Origin: an uncultured Mollicutes bacterium
GTDB lineage: Bacteria; Bacillota_I; Bacilli_A; ML615J-28; CAG-313
NCBI GenBank assembly: GCA_900548675.1
Contig: URLJ01000004.1
Location: 13,943-77,942, forward strand
Reading direction: 5' to 3'
Length of the DNA stretch: 64,000 nt
Below, in pieces: positions 52,221 through 63,653 of the stretch. Under the pieces are notes generated by a model. That model did not search any database. It was not told the DNA's origin and worked only from the letters and a program-made list of their open reading frames with translations. The position numbers and the translations under genes were made by a program. The stretch's first letter is position 1, and every line of letters begins with the position of its first letter.

Positions 52221-52536
52221 TGTTTTAAAGGTTTTAGATAAGGCAGTTGTTTATGATACAGTAGTTTACGATATGGCAGAAATTACTCCTTTTTACGATT
52301 ATAGTATTATTACCTCATCTAATAATTCCCGTCAAGGAAACGCTGCGATAGATTATCTACGTGATGAAGCACCAAAATTAGGGCTAGATGTTCATAGTTT
52401 CAGTGTTTCACAAGATGCTAAGTGGCTATTAGTTGATTTGGGCATTATTGTTGTTCACGTTTTTGTCGGTGAAGAAAGAGCACGTTATCGTTTAGACGAT
52501 TTATATAGCAGTTTACCAAATGAAAAAATTCTATAA
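52186..52536 (+). CDS. rsfS: Ribosomal silencing factor RsfS
   Basis: Matches the RsfS/iojap family (YDMAEITPFYDYSIITS...WLLVDLGIIVVHVF...RYRLDDLY). Start set at the internal ATG (MEKKK). Confidence 0.88.
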   Translation: MEKKKFQKIVYDVLKVLDKAVVYDTVVYDMAEITPFYDYSIITSSNNSRQGNAAIDYLRDEAPKLGLDVHSFSVSQDAKWLLVDLGIIVVHVFVGEERARYRLDDLYSSLPNEKIL

Positions 52537-52587
52537 TTAGTCAAAAAAAAGAAATTCTTTCATATAATATATGGAAAGGGTGATCAA

Positions 52588-52845
52588 ATGAAATTATCTG
52601 AACTTTCTAGTAAAGATGTAATTAACGATCACGATGGATCAAAAATAGGAAGAATTATTGATGTAGAACTTGATCCTGACACAGGAAAAGTGCTTAGTTT
52701 TCAACTTCAAAATGGTTTTCGCTTTGTCAGTGCTTTTTCAAGAAATAATATTGTTGATGTACCATGGCAAAAAATAATAAAAATAGGTAGCGATGTAATC
52801 ATCGTCGATAATAAAAGTAACACGATGAAAAACAGTATTAATTGA
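52588..52845 (+). CDS. YlmC/YmxH family PRC-barrel protein (sporulation-associated family)
   Basis: MKLSELSSKDVINDHDGSKIGRIIDVELDPDTGKV is the typical YlmC/YmxH signature. 85 aa. RBS AAAGGGTGA. Confidence 0.85.
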   Translation: MKLSELSSKDVINDHDGSKIGRIIDVELDPDTGKVLSFQLQNGFRFVSAFSRNNIVDVPWQKIIKIGSDVIIVDNKSNTMKNSIN

Positions 52846-52864
52846 AATAATGAAATAGATAATC

Positions 52865-52907
52865 AAAATCTATGTATTATACGTATACATAGATTTTCTT
52901 TTTTTAT
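52865..52907 (+). terminator. Terminator after ylmC
   Basis: 13-bp perfect stem AAAATCTATGTAT / ATACATAGATTTT followed by CTTTTTTT. Confidence 0.75.
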
Positions 52908-52997
52908 GCAGCTTTTAAAAAAACAATAAGTTTGTGAAATGCTTTCTTTTTTTAGATAGATATGATATAATATAGAAGAAAAAATGAGGTGTTTGAT

Positions 52998-54362
52998 ATG
53001 AATTTAAAATACAAATTAAGATTAGATCCAAACTTTGAACCAATGATTTTAAAGGTACAAGAACTTGAAAATGAAACAAAAAATAACCCTAATGCTGTTC
53101 CACTAGCTATCTGTGTTGAACGTCAAAATGGTTATCGCTATCGTTATGATATGAAAGTTTTAAAAAAGTCTGAAGAAGAGTTAGAACTTGTTGAAAGAAT
53201 AATCAAAAGCATTTTATGGGTTGTTGGAGGATATAAAGTATATATTGGCGGTCCTAAAGAAATTACTGAAGAAATAAAAAAGATTTTTAGTTTAGGTGGT
53301 AAAAGAGACTTTGATGTTGATTTTATGAGCCGTGTTTATGATAAACCATTTGAAGTTATTACGACAGAAGTTTCAATGGTTCCAACAAGTGTTGAATCTT
53401 CAATTCCAGCTGGTGGACATTTGGACGGATGCCGTATCGGCTTTGATGCAGGAGGCTCTGATCGTAAGGTTAGTGCCGTTGTTGATGGTAATGTTATCTA
53501 TAGCGAAGAAGTTGTATGGCTTCCAAAAGTTAATGAAGATCCAGAATATCATTACCAAGGAATTTTAGATAGTTTTAAACGTGCTGCTTCTAAAATGCCA
53601 AGAGTAGATGCGTTTGGTGTATCTTGTGCTGGTATTTATATTTATAATGAAGTAAGAGTTGCATCACTCTTTATTAAAGTCCCTCGTGATGCATTTGACG
53701 CTAAAGTTCGTGATATATACATTAGAGCAGCTCGCGAAATAGGAGACGTTCCACTAGAAGTTGCTAATGATGGAGATGTTACAGCTCTTGCGGGTGCATT
53801 AGATTTACAAGATAACAATGTTTTAGGTATCGCAATGGGCACTAGTGAAGCTGTTGGATACATCAATAAAGATGGTAACCTAAATGGTTGGTTAAGTGAA
53901 CTTGCTTTTGTTCCTGTAGATTTTAATAAAGATGCAATGGTAGATGAGTGGAGCGGTGACTATGGTTGTGGTGTTAAATACTTTAGTCAAGACAGTGTAA
54001 TTAAACTTGCAGCAGCAGCTGGTATTGAACTAGATCCTAATGCAACACCTGCTGAAAAATTAAAAGTAGTACAAAAACTTATGAGTGAAGGCGATAGCCG
54101 TGCTAAAGAAATATATGAAACAATCGGTATTTATTTAGGCTATACACTTCCTTATTACGCTCGTTTTTATGATATTAAGTATTTATTATTACTAGGTAGA
54201 GTAACTAGTGGTAAAGGTGGAGACCTAATTATCGAAAAAGCCAACGAAGTTTTGAAAAATGAATTCCCACAATATGCTAATATTAAAATAATGATGCCAG
54301 ATGAAAAGAGCCGCCGTGTAGGACAAAGTATCGCCGCTGCGAGCCTTCCAAAAGTAAAATAA
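52998..54362 (+). CDS. ASKHA-fold sugar-kinase-like protein (ROK/glucokinase-like) with an N-terminal extension of about 140 aa
   Basis: Phosphate-1-like IGFDAGGSDRKV, ANDGDVTALAG, and GIAMGTSEAVGY. No ROK Cys zinc motif seen. Start set at the ATG behind GAGGTG. I did not recognise the N-terminal domain. Confidence 0.6.
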   Translation: MNLKYKLRLDPNFEPMILKVQELENETKNNPNAVPLAICVERQNGYRYRYDMKVLKKSEEELELVERIIKSILWVVGGYKVYIGGPKEITEEIKKIFSLGGKRDFDVDFMSRVYDKPFEVITTEVSMVPTSVESSIPAGGHLDGCRIGFDAGGSDRKVSAVVDGNVIYSEEVVWLPKVNEDPEYHYQGILDSFKRAASKMPRVDAFGVSCAGIYIYNEVRVASLFIKVPRDAFDAKVRDIYIRAAREIGDVPLEVANDGDVTALAGALDLQDNNVLGIAMGTSEAVGYINKDGNLNGWLSELAFVPVDFNKDAMVDEWSGDYGCGVKYFSQDSVIKLAAAAGIELDPNATPAEKLKVVQKLMSEGDSRAKEIYETIGIYLGYTLPYYARFYDIKYLLLLGRVTSGKGGDLIIEKANEVLKNEFPQYANIKIMMPDEKSRRVGQSIAAASLPKVK

Positions 54363-54994
54363 TGGCAGCTATAATCAAAACATTTTGTGATGATTATGAC
54401 AATTGCAATACATATTTGTATATCAAAAATGAAACAGCAATTATAATTGATCCAGCTAATGATGTAAAACAGATTTTAAAGTCTGTAGGAAATGTCAAAA
54501 TAGTAGGAATATTTATTACTCATGGTCATTACGATCATTTTAAGAATCTGTCGGAAATAATGTCAAAAACAGATTGCCCTGTTTATTTATCAAAAAAAGC
54601 GTATGAAAAACTTTTTAATAAAGATACTTCTTGTGCATCATATTTTACTAATAACTTTGTTTGCGAATATGATGAAAAAAGATTTGTTTTTGTTAGTGAT
54701 GGTCAAAAAATAATGGTAGCTAATGACTTTGAAGTTCTTATATGGCAAACAAAAGGTCATACCGATTGTGGTATATGCCTTTTTATCGATGATAATATTT
54801 TTACTGGAGATACTTTATTTTGTAAAGGAGTTGGCCGTAGCGATTTACCTACATCAAATACGATTCAACTAATTGCAAGTATTAAACGACTAATGGATTT
54901 GAAAAAAGATTATAACGTATATCCAGGGCACGATAAAATGACAACTATTTTTGATGAACAAAAGAATAATCCTTTCTATAACAGAATAAAATAA
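54362..54994 (+). CDS. MBL-fold metallo-hydrolase
   Basis: HGHYDH metal motif, later TKGHT and GDTLF. The ATG overlaps the kinase stop (TAATG). Confidence 0.85.
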   Translation: MAAIIKTFCDDYDNCNTYLYIKNETAIIIDPANDVKQILKSVGNVKIVGIFITHGHYDHFKNLSEIMSKTDCPVYLSKKAYEKLFNKDTSCASYFTNNFVCEYDEKRFVFVSDGQKIMVANDFEVLIWQTKGHTDCGICLFIDDNIFTGDTLFCKGVGRSDLPTSNTIQLIASIKRLMDLKKDYNVYPGHDKMTTIFDEQKNNPFYNRIK

Positions 54995-55067
54995 TAAATT
55001 TATATCTAGCAGCAATTCATCTCAATACAATAGAATAAAATAACATCACGAATGCTGTCGGTTCTAG

Positions 55068-56211
55068 TTAGAAGCAGAATCAATTGAGGCATTAGGCCAT
55101 GATTTAGTACATCATGAAAAGAAAGAGGCAACTTGTAAAGAAACTGGTAATGAAGCATATGATACATGTTCAAGATGTGAATATACAACTTATGCTGAAA
55201 TTAAAAAGTTAGGCCATAAGATTGTTCATCATGAAGGACTTGATTCAACATGTACGGAATCTGGTTATAAAGCTTACGATACATGCGAAAACTGTGACTA
55301 TACAACTTACGAAGAATTACCAGCATTGAATCATAACTATGAAAATGGCGTCTCGCACAAATTGTGGTCAAACAGAACCTGCGAAAGAATACACAATTGA
55401 TGGTAATTATGTATATTTCGGATATTATCCACAGACAATAAAAGATGATTCAGTTACGATTATATCTAATAGCCCTGATAGTGATGGGTACTATTTAGGT
55501 AGTGACAATGAACGCTATGCTAAAGTAACTGCGAAACCTTAAGTTAATAGCAGCAACCAAACGATGCATTTTAGTAATAGTCAACAAATAGTAAAAGATA
55601 CTGTTTACTATTTTAAAGTAGAACCGATCAAATGGAGAATTTTATCAAATGAGGATGGTACATATAAATTATTAGCAGAATTAATTATTGATAGTCAAAT
55701 GTTTTATTCAGCACAAGTGAATAGAACAATAGGCGGAAAAACAATTTATGCAAATAATTATGAATATTCAGATATCAGAAAATGGTTAAATGAAGATTTT
55801 TATAACAAAGCCTTTACTGAAATTCAAAAAACATTTATCAACACTGTCTTGGTTGATAATAGTTTATCTTCAACAGGAAGCGATAATAATAATGATTATA
55901 TCTGCAATGACACCAATGACAAAGTATATTTGTTAAGTCAACAAGATGTAATAAATGATGTATATGGTTTTAAAACTAGCGTTTTTGAAAAAGACACTTT
56001 AAGACAAAAAAGTCCAACAGATTATGCTAGAGTGGTTGGCTGTGGCTTTGAACAAAATCTAGACACATATTACTGGTGGCTTCGCACCCCATCTTCTGCT
56101 AATCTTATCAATGTCGCAACAATTAGACCTGATAGCAAAGCTTATGGATGGCGTGGTGTTTATGCAGAAGAAGTTGGCGTAGCTCCAGCAATTACAGTAA
56201 CACTTAATTAA
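55068..56211 (+). pseudogene. Decayed surface-protein gene: Cys-repeat region plus DUF6273-like domain, 5'-truncated, with a frameshift and an in-frame stop
   Basis: One frame, open from 55068 with no start codon, encodes two Cys-rich repeats (LGHxxVHHE..TC.E.G..AYDTC..C.YTTY) and ends at TGA 55398..55400. The +1 frame (55339..55542) continues with CGQTEPAKEYTIDGNYVYFGYYPQ. TAA at 55540..55542 is in frame with 55564..56211 (YYFKVEPIKWRIL ... YWWLRTP). Confidence 0.75.
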
Positions 56212-56222
56212 AAAAATAAAAG

Positions 56223-56277
56223 CACATTAGAGAAGTAGTCGTTAATTCGAATACTTATGAACTAATGTGTTTTTTTA
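56223..56277 (+). terminator. Terminator-like hairpin after the decayed gene
   Basis: CACATTAG ... CTAATGTG stem with additional inner pairing (AAGTA/TACTT), followed by TTTTTTT. Confidence 0.5.
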
Positions 56278-56392
56278 TCCTTTAATTTTAACAAAAGACT
56301 TACAAAAGATCTTTTAATAACACATTTATATAATTATTTAAAAATAAGTTAATAGATGTATAATGTGAAAAATATGTGAAAAAATAAAAATG

Positions 56393-56419
56393 TTAGCACT
56401 TATCTATTGACAGTGCTAA
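56393..56419 (+). promoter_or_regulatory. CIRCE operator (HrcA binding site)
   Basis: TTAGCACTT-ATCTATTGA-CAGTGCTAA compared with the consensus TTAGCACTC-N9-GAGTGCTAA. It overlaps the -35 of the hrcA promoter. Confidence 0.9.
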
Positions 56420-56435
56420 CAAAATGTGATATAAT
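56407..56435 (+). promoter_or_regulatory. Sigma-A promoter of the hrcA-grpE-dnaK-dnaJ operon
   Basis: TTGACA, 17-bp spacer, TATAAT. Confidence 0.7.
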
Positions 56436-56490
56436 ATTACTGCAAGTTAGGTAGAAAAGGTAAATTCTACCAGTTAGTAAGGAGGCTAAT

Positions 56491-57501
56491 ATGTTATCAA
56501 ATAGGCAAAAACTTGTTTTAAAAGCTATTATTGAAGAATATGTAAAAACGAATGAGCCTGTTGGATCGCGAACGCTCTCAAAGCGAAGTGAACTTTCTTT
56601 CTCTCCTGCCACTCTTCGTAATGACATGGCTGATTTAGAGGATTATGGTTATCTTGAAAAGACTCATACTTCAAGTGGTCGAATTCCTTCTGAAAAAGGA
56701 TATCGTCTTTACGTTGAGGAAATTATAAAAGAAAAAGATGATGAACATTACGCGTTTCCTATGATTGATGAAATATTCACAAGACGTAATTTGACAAAAG
56801 AAGAAGCTATAAACGAATCAATGGCACTTGTATCGGATTTGACTAATTATGCTTCTATTGTCTTAGGACAAACGGCATATAATTCACGTATTAAGAAATT
56901 ACAATTCTTATCACTTCAAGGTCAGTTAGCAATTATTATGATGGTAACAGACCAAGGGCACGTTGAAAGTAAAAAAATAATAGTACCTGAAGGATTAAGT
57001 GTTAAAGAAATTGAAAGAGTAGTTAATGTCTTAGACGAAATACTTCATGATTGCTTAGTAAGTGAAATTAATGATAAAATCAAAGAAGAGTTAAAAAACG
57101 AAGAAATAATGGATTTGTTATCATATCGAGAAGATTTAGTTAGTGCATGTGTAAATGCATTCTGTGATATGGCTCAGGATCGTTACTATGTGAATGGTCA
57201 ATCGAATATTTTAGTACAACCAGAATTTCAAAATGTTGAAAAGGTCAAAGATTTGCTTGATGCTATCGAAAACAAAGAAATTCTAAAAGTAGTTCGTTAC
57301 GATAATAACGAAATAACAATTAGAATTGGACAAGAAAATGAAGTAAAAGCTCTTCAAGATTGTACAGTTATTACGGTTCCTTATGAAAGCATAACAGGTG
57401 AACGTGGTGCAATTTCTATTTTCGGTCCAACGAGAATGGAATACAGTAAAGTAATACCTTTGCTTGAATACATTGCGAAAAATATTAAAAAAATAATATA
57501 A
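56491..57501 (+). CDS. hrcA: Heat-inducible transcription repressor HrcA
   Basis: MLSNRQKLVLKAIIEEYVKTNEPVGSRTL winged-helix start. Operon position. RBS AAGGAGG. Confidence 0.96.
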   Translation: MLSNRQKLVLKAIIEEYVKTNEPVGSRTLSKRSELSFSPATLRNDMADLEDYGYLEKTHTSSGRIPSEKGYRLYVEEIIKEKDDEHYAFPMIDEIFTRRNLTKEEAINESMALVSDLTNYASIVLGQTAYNSRIKKLQFLSLQGQLAIIMMVTDQGHVESKKIIVPEGLSVKEIERVVNVLDEILHDCLVSEINDKIKEELKNEEIMDLLSYREDLVSACVNAFCDMAQDRYYVNGQSNILVQPEFQNVEKVKDLLDAIENKEILKVVRYDNNEITIRIGQENEVKALQDCTVITVPYESITGERGAISIFGPTRMEYSKVIPLLEYIAKNIKKII

Positions 57502-57511
57502 GGGGTTTGAT

Positions 57512-58168
57512 ATGGAAAATAATCGTTATCGTGAAGAAGAAAAAGAACAAGAAGAAATAAAGGATCAAAAAGAGTTAGAATCAGTAGTGATTGAAAAATC
57601 ATTGGATGATGATAGAAATGTTAATCATGATAATGATGAAACTCTTAAAAATGATGATGTAAAAAATAATAAATCAAAAAAAGAAATTAAAAAATTAAAA
57701 AAGAAACTTGAAGAAAGTGAAAAAGTTAATGAAGAATTACTTCAAAAAATTTCTGCATTAACTAATGAAATGTTAAAAGACCGTGCTGAACTTGAAAACT
57801 TTAAGCGCAGAACTAATGAAGAACGTATTCGTGAAAGAAAGTATGCCTTGAATGATTTCTTGCTTGAGCTAATAAATGTCTTAGATATTTTTGATAGAGC
57901 CGTATCTACTAAAACTGATGATGAAAAATTAGCAAAATATTTGATGGGTTTCCAAATGGTTAATGCTCAGTTACAACAAATATTAACTAAAAATGGCGTT
58001 TCAAAAATTGAAGCTTTAAATAAAAAATTTGATCCATTATATCATTCTGCAGTTGAAACTGTTGAATGTGAAAATGTAGAATCAGGAGTTGTTGTAGAAG
58101 AAATAATGACTGGTTATATGTATAAGGATCGCGTACTTAGACCTAGTATGGTAAAGGTAAGCAAATAA
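57512..58168 (+). CDS. grpE: Nucleotide exchange factor GrpE
   Basis: Charged N-terminus, then RAELENFKRRTNEE and the C-terminal beta domain (GYMYKDRVLRPSMVKV). Confidence 0.95.
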   Translation: MENNRYREEEKEQEEIKDQKELESVVIEKSLDDDRNVNHDNDETLKNDDVKNNKSKKEIKKLKKKLEESEKVNEELLQKISALTNEMLKDRAELENFKRRTNEERIRERKYALNDFLLELINVLDIFDRAVSTKTDDEKLAKYLMGFQMVNAQLQQILTKNGVSKIEALNKKFDPLYHSAVETVECENVESGVVVEEIMTGYMYKDRVLRPSMVKVSK

Positions 58169-58209
58169 CTTTAAAAAAAAATTAAATAATTTAATAAATT
58201 TAAAAATAG

Positions 58210-60051
<1,842 letters not shown>

Positions 60052-60082
60052 AGACAAATTATAAAGAATTGGGGGCCAATGT

Positions 60083-61219
60083 ATGGCTAATCAACGTGAC
60101 TACTATGAAGTGCTTGGAATAAGCAAAACAGCAAGTGAAGAAGAAATAAAAAAAGCCTATCGTACCCTTGCAAAAAAATATCATCCAGATGTAAGCACTG
60201 ATCCCCAAGCTACTGAAAAATTTAAAGAAGTACAACAAGCATATGATTGTTTGAGTGATCCAGCAAAACGTCAAAATTATGATCGTTTTGGTACCGAAGA
60301 TCCAGCTGCATCATTTGGTGGTGCATCTGGATTTAGCGGGGGGGCTTCAGGATTTAGTGGCTTTGGTGGCTTTGAAGATATCTTTAGTTCTTTCTTTGGG
60401 GGAAGTCAAAGAACAAGAAATCCTAACGCGCCGACAAAAGGTAATGACTTAAAGGCAAGTATTGAGTTAACTTTCGAGGAAGCTGCTTTTGGAACAAAGA
60501 AGACAATTAATTTAAGTCGCTATGAAAAATGCGAAAAATGTAAAGGTACAGGAGCTGCTAGCGACAGTGATATCACAACATGTTCAAGATGTAAGGGAAC
60601 TGGACGTATCATAGTTGAACAAGCTACCATTTTAGGTAGAATACAACAAGAAACAACTTGTCCTGATTGCCATGGTAAAGGTCGAAAAATTAATAAACCT
60701 TGCCCAGATTGTGGTGGCAATGGTCGTATTAAAAAGACAACTAAATTAGAAGTAAAAATTCCATCAGGTATTGATGATGAACAAACTTTACGTTTAACAG
60801 GCCAAGGTGAAGCAGGGCTAAATGGTGGTCCAAATGGTGATTTATATATCAGCGTTCGTGTAAAACCTCATGAATTCTTTGAACGTGATGGTAATGATAT
60901 TTATTGTGAGATACCAATAACATTTAGTGAAGCAGCCTTAGGAACGACAATAGAAGTTTCAACACTTGGTGGTAAGGTAGCTTTAAAAATTCCAGCAGGT
61001 ACGCAAAGTGCAACAAAATTTAAATTAGCGGGTCGTGGTATTAATAATGCCACTAGTGGTAGAACGGGTAATCAATATGTAACAGTTAACGTTGTTACAC
61101 CAACAAAACTTACGAGTGAACAAAAAGAATTATTTACTAAACTATCAAAGACTGATGAAAAATCTAATAGCTCATTCTTTGATAAACTAAAAAAATTCTT
61201 CAATCGTAAGGAAAAGTAA
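60083..61219 (+). CDS. dnaJ: Molecular chaperone DnaJ
   Basis: J domain with HPD (KKYHPDV), a G/F-rich linker, and four CxxCxGxG zinc motifs. Confidence 0.98.
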   Translation: MANQRDYYEVLGISKTASEEEIKKAYRTLAKKYHPDVSTDPQATEKFKEVQQAYDCLSDPAKRQNYDRFGTEDPAASFGGASGFSGGASGFSGFGGFEDIFSSFFGGSQRTRNPNAPTKGNDLKASIELTFEEAAFGTKKTINLSRYEKCEKCKGTGAASDSDITTCSRCKGTGRIIVEQATILGRIQQETTCPDCHGKGRKINKPCPDCGGNGRIKKTTKLEVKIPSGIDDEQTLRLTGQGEAGLNGGPNGDLYISVRVKPHEFFERDGNDIYCEIPITFSEAALGTTIEVSTLGGKVALKIPAGTQSATKFKLAGRGINNATSGRTGNQYVTVNVVTPTKLTSEQKELFTKLSKTDEKSNSSFFDKLKKFFNRKEK

Positions 61220-61232
61220 GGGATATAAAAAT

Positions 61233-61280
61233 AAGGTTTATCAGTATAGTTAATCGATACTGATGAACCTTTATTTTTTT
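61233..61280 (+). terminator. dnaJ operon terminator
   Basis: AAGGTTTATCAGTAT-N9-ATACTGATGAACCTT stem followed by TATTTTTTT. Confidence 0.75.
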
Positions 61281-61428
61281 GTCTATTAATTTAAGATACT
61301 TAAGTTTGTAATAATATAAAAATGCAATAATATTATTAAATGAGCCATAATTATAAAGCATTTTTAATGAAAAAATCGTTTAACAATGTTAATATATAAT
61401 AAGTTAAAAGTGCGAAAGGAGAAATAAT

Positions 61429-62787
61429 ATGGATAAAAATTTTAGAAATGAAATTTTAAGTATTTTAAAAAATCCTACTGGCGATGAGATAAAAAAACTC
61501 AGTAGTTACCATGAAAGTGATGTGGCTGATGCTTTTTGTGAACTAAATGAAGATGAAAGAAAAAAACTTTACCAAACCCTTAAAGCGGATTACATTTCTA
61601 ATTTATTTACATATTTAGATGATCCTAGTGAGTATATATCAGAACTTGATTCTGAACAACTAGGGAATGTCTTAAATGAAATGGACGCCGATGATGTTGT
61701 TGATGTCTTAGAAGATGTTGATGAAGATTCACGAAATGATTATTTAGGGCTTTTAGATAATGAGGCACTTGAAGATGTCCGACTTATTAAATCATATGAC
61801 GATGATGAAATTGGTTCGATGATGACGACCAATTATGTATCTCTTAACAAAGATATATCAGTAAAAATGGCTATGAAAAAAATTATCGAAATAGCACCTG
61901 AAAACGATAATATTAATATTATATATTTTACTAATGATGATAATACTTATTTTGGCGCTCTACCTTTAAAGGATTTGATTATCGCAAGAGAAAATACCGT
62001 ACTTACAGATATAATTAAGACTAACTATCCTATTTTAAATGACCATGAAATTTTATCAAACGTCTTGGAAGACCTGAAAGATTACTCACTAGATTCTATT
62101 GCAGTACTCAATGAAAATCGTGAAATAATCGGTATTATTACAAGTGATGATATCATTAATGCGGTTGATGAAGAATTAACAGAAGATTACGTTAAATTAG
62201 CAGCTATGAGTGGTGAATTTAACGAAGATGAAACGGTAACTCAAGCAGTTAAAAAAAGAATACCTTGGTTATTTGCACTTTTAGTGCTAGGATTTTTAGT
62301 AAGTTCTGTAATGTCATTATTTGAAACAGTTATAAAAGAATTAGCAATAATTGTGTATTTTCAAACGATTGTTTTAGATATGGCTGGTAATGCCGGTACA
62401 CAATCACTAGCTGTAACTATCAGAATAATTAGTGAGGATGTTTCAAATAAAGTAATTCGCAAAATTATTGGGAAGGAATTGCGAATAGGAGCACTTAATG
62501 GGATTATTGTTGGCAGTTCATCATTGATTTTAGTAGCAGGCTTTTTACTTATTACAAGATTTTCTACTTATAATTTCCCATCAGCAGTAATGATTGGCTT
62601 AACTGTAGCAATCGCATTAATAATATCGATGGCTGCATCTAATCTATGTGGAACTCTAATGCCAATACTATTTAAAAAGATGAAAATTGATCCAGCTGTT
62701 GCCTCAGGACCATTTATAACAACTTTAAATGATTTGATTGCGGTAGCAGTATACTATGGAGTAGCATGGTTAATTTTATTAACATAG
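61429..62787 (+). CDS. mgtE: Magnesium transporter MgtE
   Basis: Acidic N domain, tandem CBS region, and TM domain with the GNAGTQS motif (DMAGNAGTQSLAV) and PFITTLNDL. Confidence 0.93.
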   Translation: MDKNFRNEILSILKNPTGDEIKKLSSYHESDVADAFCELNEDERKKLYQTLKADYISNLFTYLDDPSEYISELDSEQLGNVLNEMDADDVVDVLEDVDEDSRNDYLGLLDNEALEDVRLIKSYDDDEIGSMMTTNYVSLNKDISVKMAMKKIIEIAPENDNINIIYFTNDDNTYFGALPLKDLIIARENTVLTDIIKTNYPILNDHEILSNVLEDLKDYSLDSIAVLNENREIIGIITSDDIINAVDEELTEDYVKLAAMSGEFNEDETVTQAVKKRIPWLFALLVLGFLVSSVMSLFETVIKELAIIVYFQTIVLDMAGNAGTQSLAVTIRIISEDVSNKVIRKIIGKELRIGALNGIIVGSSSLILVAGFLLITRFSTYNFPSAVMIGLTVAIALIISMAASNLCGTLMPILFKKMKIDPAVASGPFITTLNDLIAVAVYYGVAWLILLT

Positions 62788-62795
62788 TTAATATT

Positions 62796-62829
62796 AAAGC
62801 AAGTTAGGAAATACTCTAACTTGCTTTTT
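62796..62829 (+). terminator. mgtE terminator
   Basis: AAAGCAAGTTAG-N8-CTAACTTGCTTT 12-bp stem followed by TT. Confidence 0.7.
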
Positions 62830-62905
62830 ATCGTTATGCAAATAGCACAATTAATGCAAAAAACGTCTAATTGTGGTAAAATGAATAAAACAAAAGGTGA
62901 ATAAT

Positions 62906-63652
62906 ATGCAACATTATTTTATTAATAATAATCAAATAAATCTTGAAACAGGTATTGTAGTTATTAAAGATGGCGATGCACATCACATAACAAATGTCAT
63001 GCGCATGAGAAAAAATGATCATGTGGTAGTTTGTAATAATGAAAATTTTTATGAAGTAAGATTAGATAATATTTCACAAAATGAGTGCCTAGCGACTATT
63101 ATAAAAAAACTTGATATCGATTCAGAATTAAAAGTTGAAGTAACGATTGCCCAAGGAATGGTAAAACTAACTAAGCAAGAAGAAGTGATAGAGAAAATAA
63201 CTCAATTAGGCGCCGCAAAATACATAAGCGTTGATATGGAAAGATCAAACGTTAAAAATAGTAGTGAAAAGTTAGAAAAAAAATTACAACGTTTAGAAAA
63301 AATAGTAAAAGAAGCATCTGAACAATCTCATCGTGCTAAGTTACTTAAGGTTATGGGACATACCACCTTTGCTGAATTCATCAATCTTTCAAAAGACTAT
63401 GATTTAAAAGTTGTTCTTAATCTTACAAATAGTGGAGAGAATAAAGAAACTATAAATAAAATAAAACAAACTATGAATAAAAAAGTACTGTTCTTAATAG
63501 GTCCTGAAGGAGGTATAAGTGACAGTGAATGTGAAACCTTAAAAAAAGCAGGTTTTTATACATTGACAGTTGGTCCAAGAGTACTTAGAACAGAAGTTGC
63601 CCCATTATATGTAATGAGTATGATGGGTGTGTTCTTTGATTTGGAGGAATAA
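62906..63652 (+). CDS. rsmE: 16S rRNA (uracil1498-N3)-methyltransferase RsmE
   Basis: MQHYFI start, HHITNVMRMR, and C-terminal SPOUT knot IGPEGGISDSE...LGPRVLRTE. Start set at the ATG behind AGGTGA. Confidence 0.9.
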   Translation: MQHYFINNNQINLETGIVVIKDGDAHHITNVMRMRKNDHVVVCNNENFYEVRLDNISQNECLATIIKKLDIDSELKVEVTIAQGMVKLTKQEEVIEKITQLGAAKYISVDMERSNVKNSSEKLEKKLQRLEKIVKEASEQSHRAKLLKVMGHTTFAEFINLSKDYDLKVVLNLTNSGENKETINKIKQTMNKKVLFLIGPEGGISDSECETLKKAGFYTLTVGPRVLRTEVAPLYVMSMMGVFFDLEE

Positions 63653-63653
63653 A

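Noticed and set aside
53332-53568. 78-aa plus-strand ORF nested in another frame of the kinase-like gene.
   Set aside because: It is an alternative frame inside a gene with clear ASKHA motifs, with no RBS and an implausible Gln/Leu-rich product.
55006-55188. 60-aa minus-strand ORF after the MBL gene.
   Set aside because: It is antisense to the Cys-repeat remnant of the decayed gene. The plus-strand repeat structure explains the region better.
60059-60720. Small ORFs overlapping dnaJ (60059..60274 minus, 60255..60452 plus, 60520..60720 minus).
   Set aside because: They are alternative-frame or antisense ORFs within an unambiguous dnaJ. The Gly-rich and Cys-repeat coding regions generate open shadow frames.
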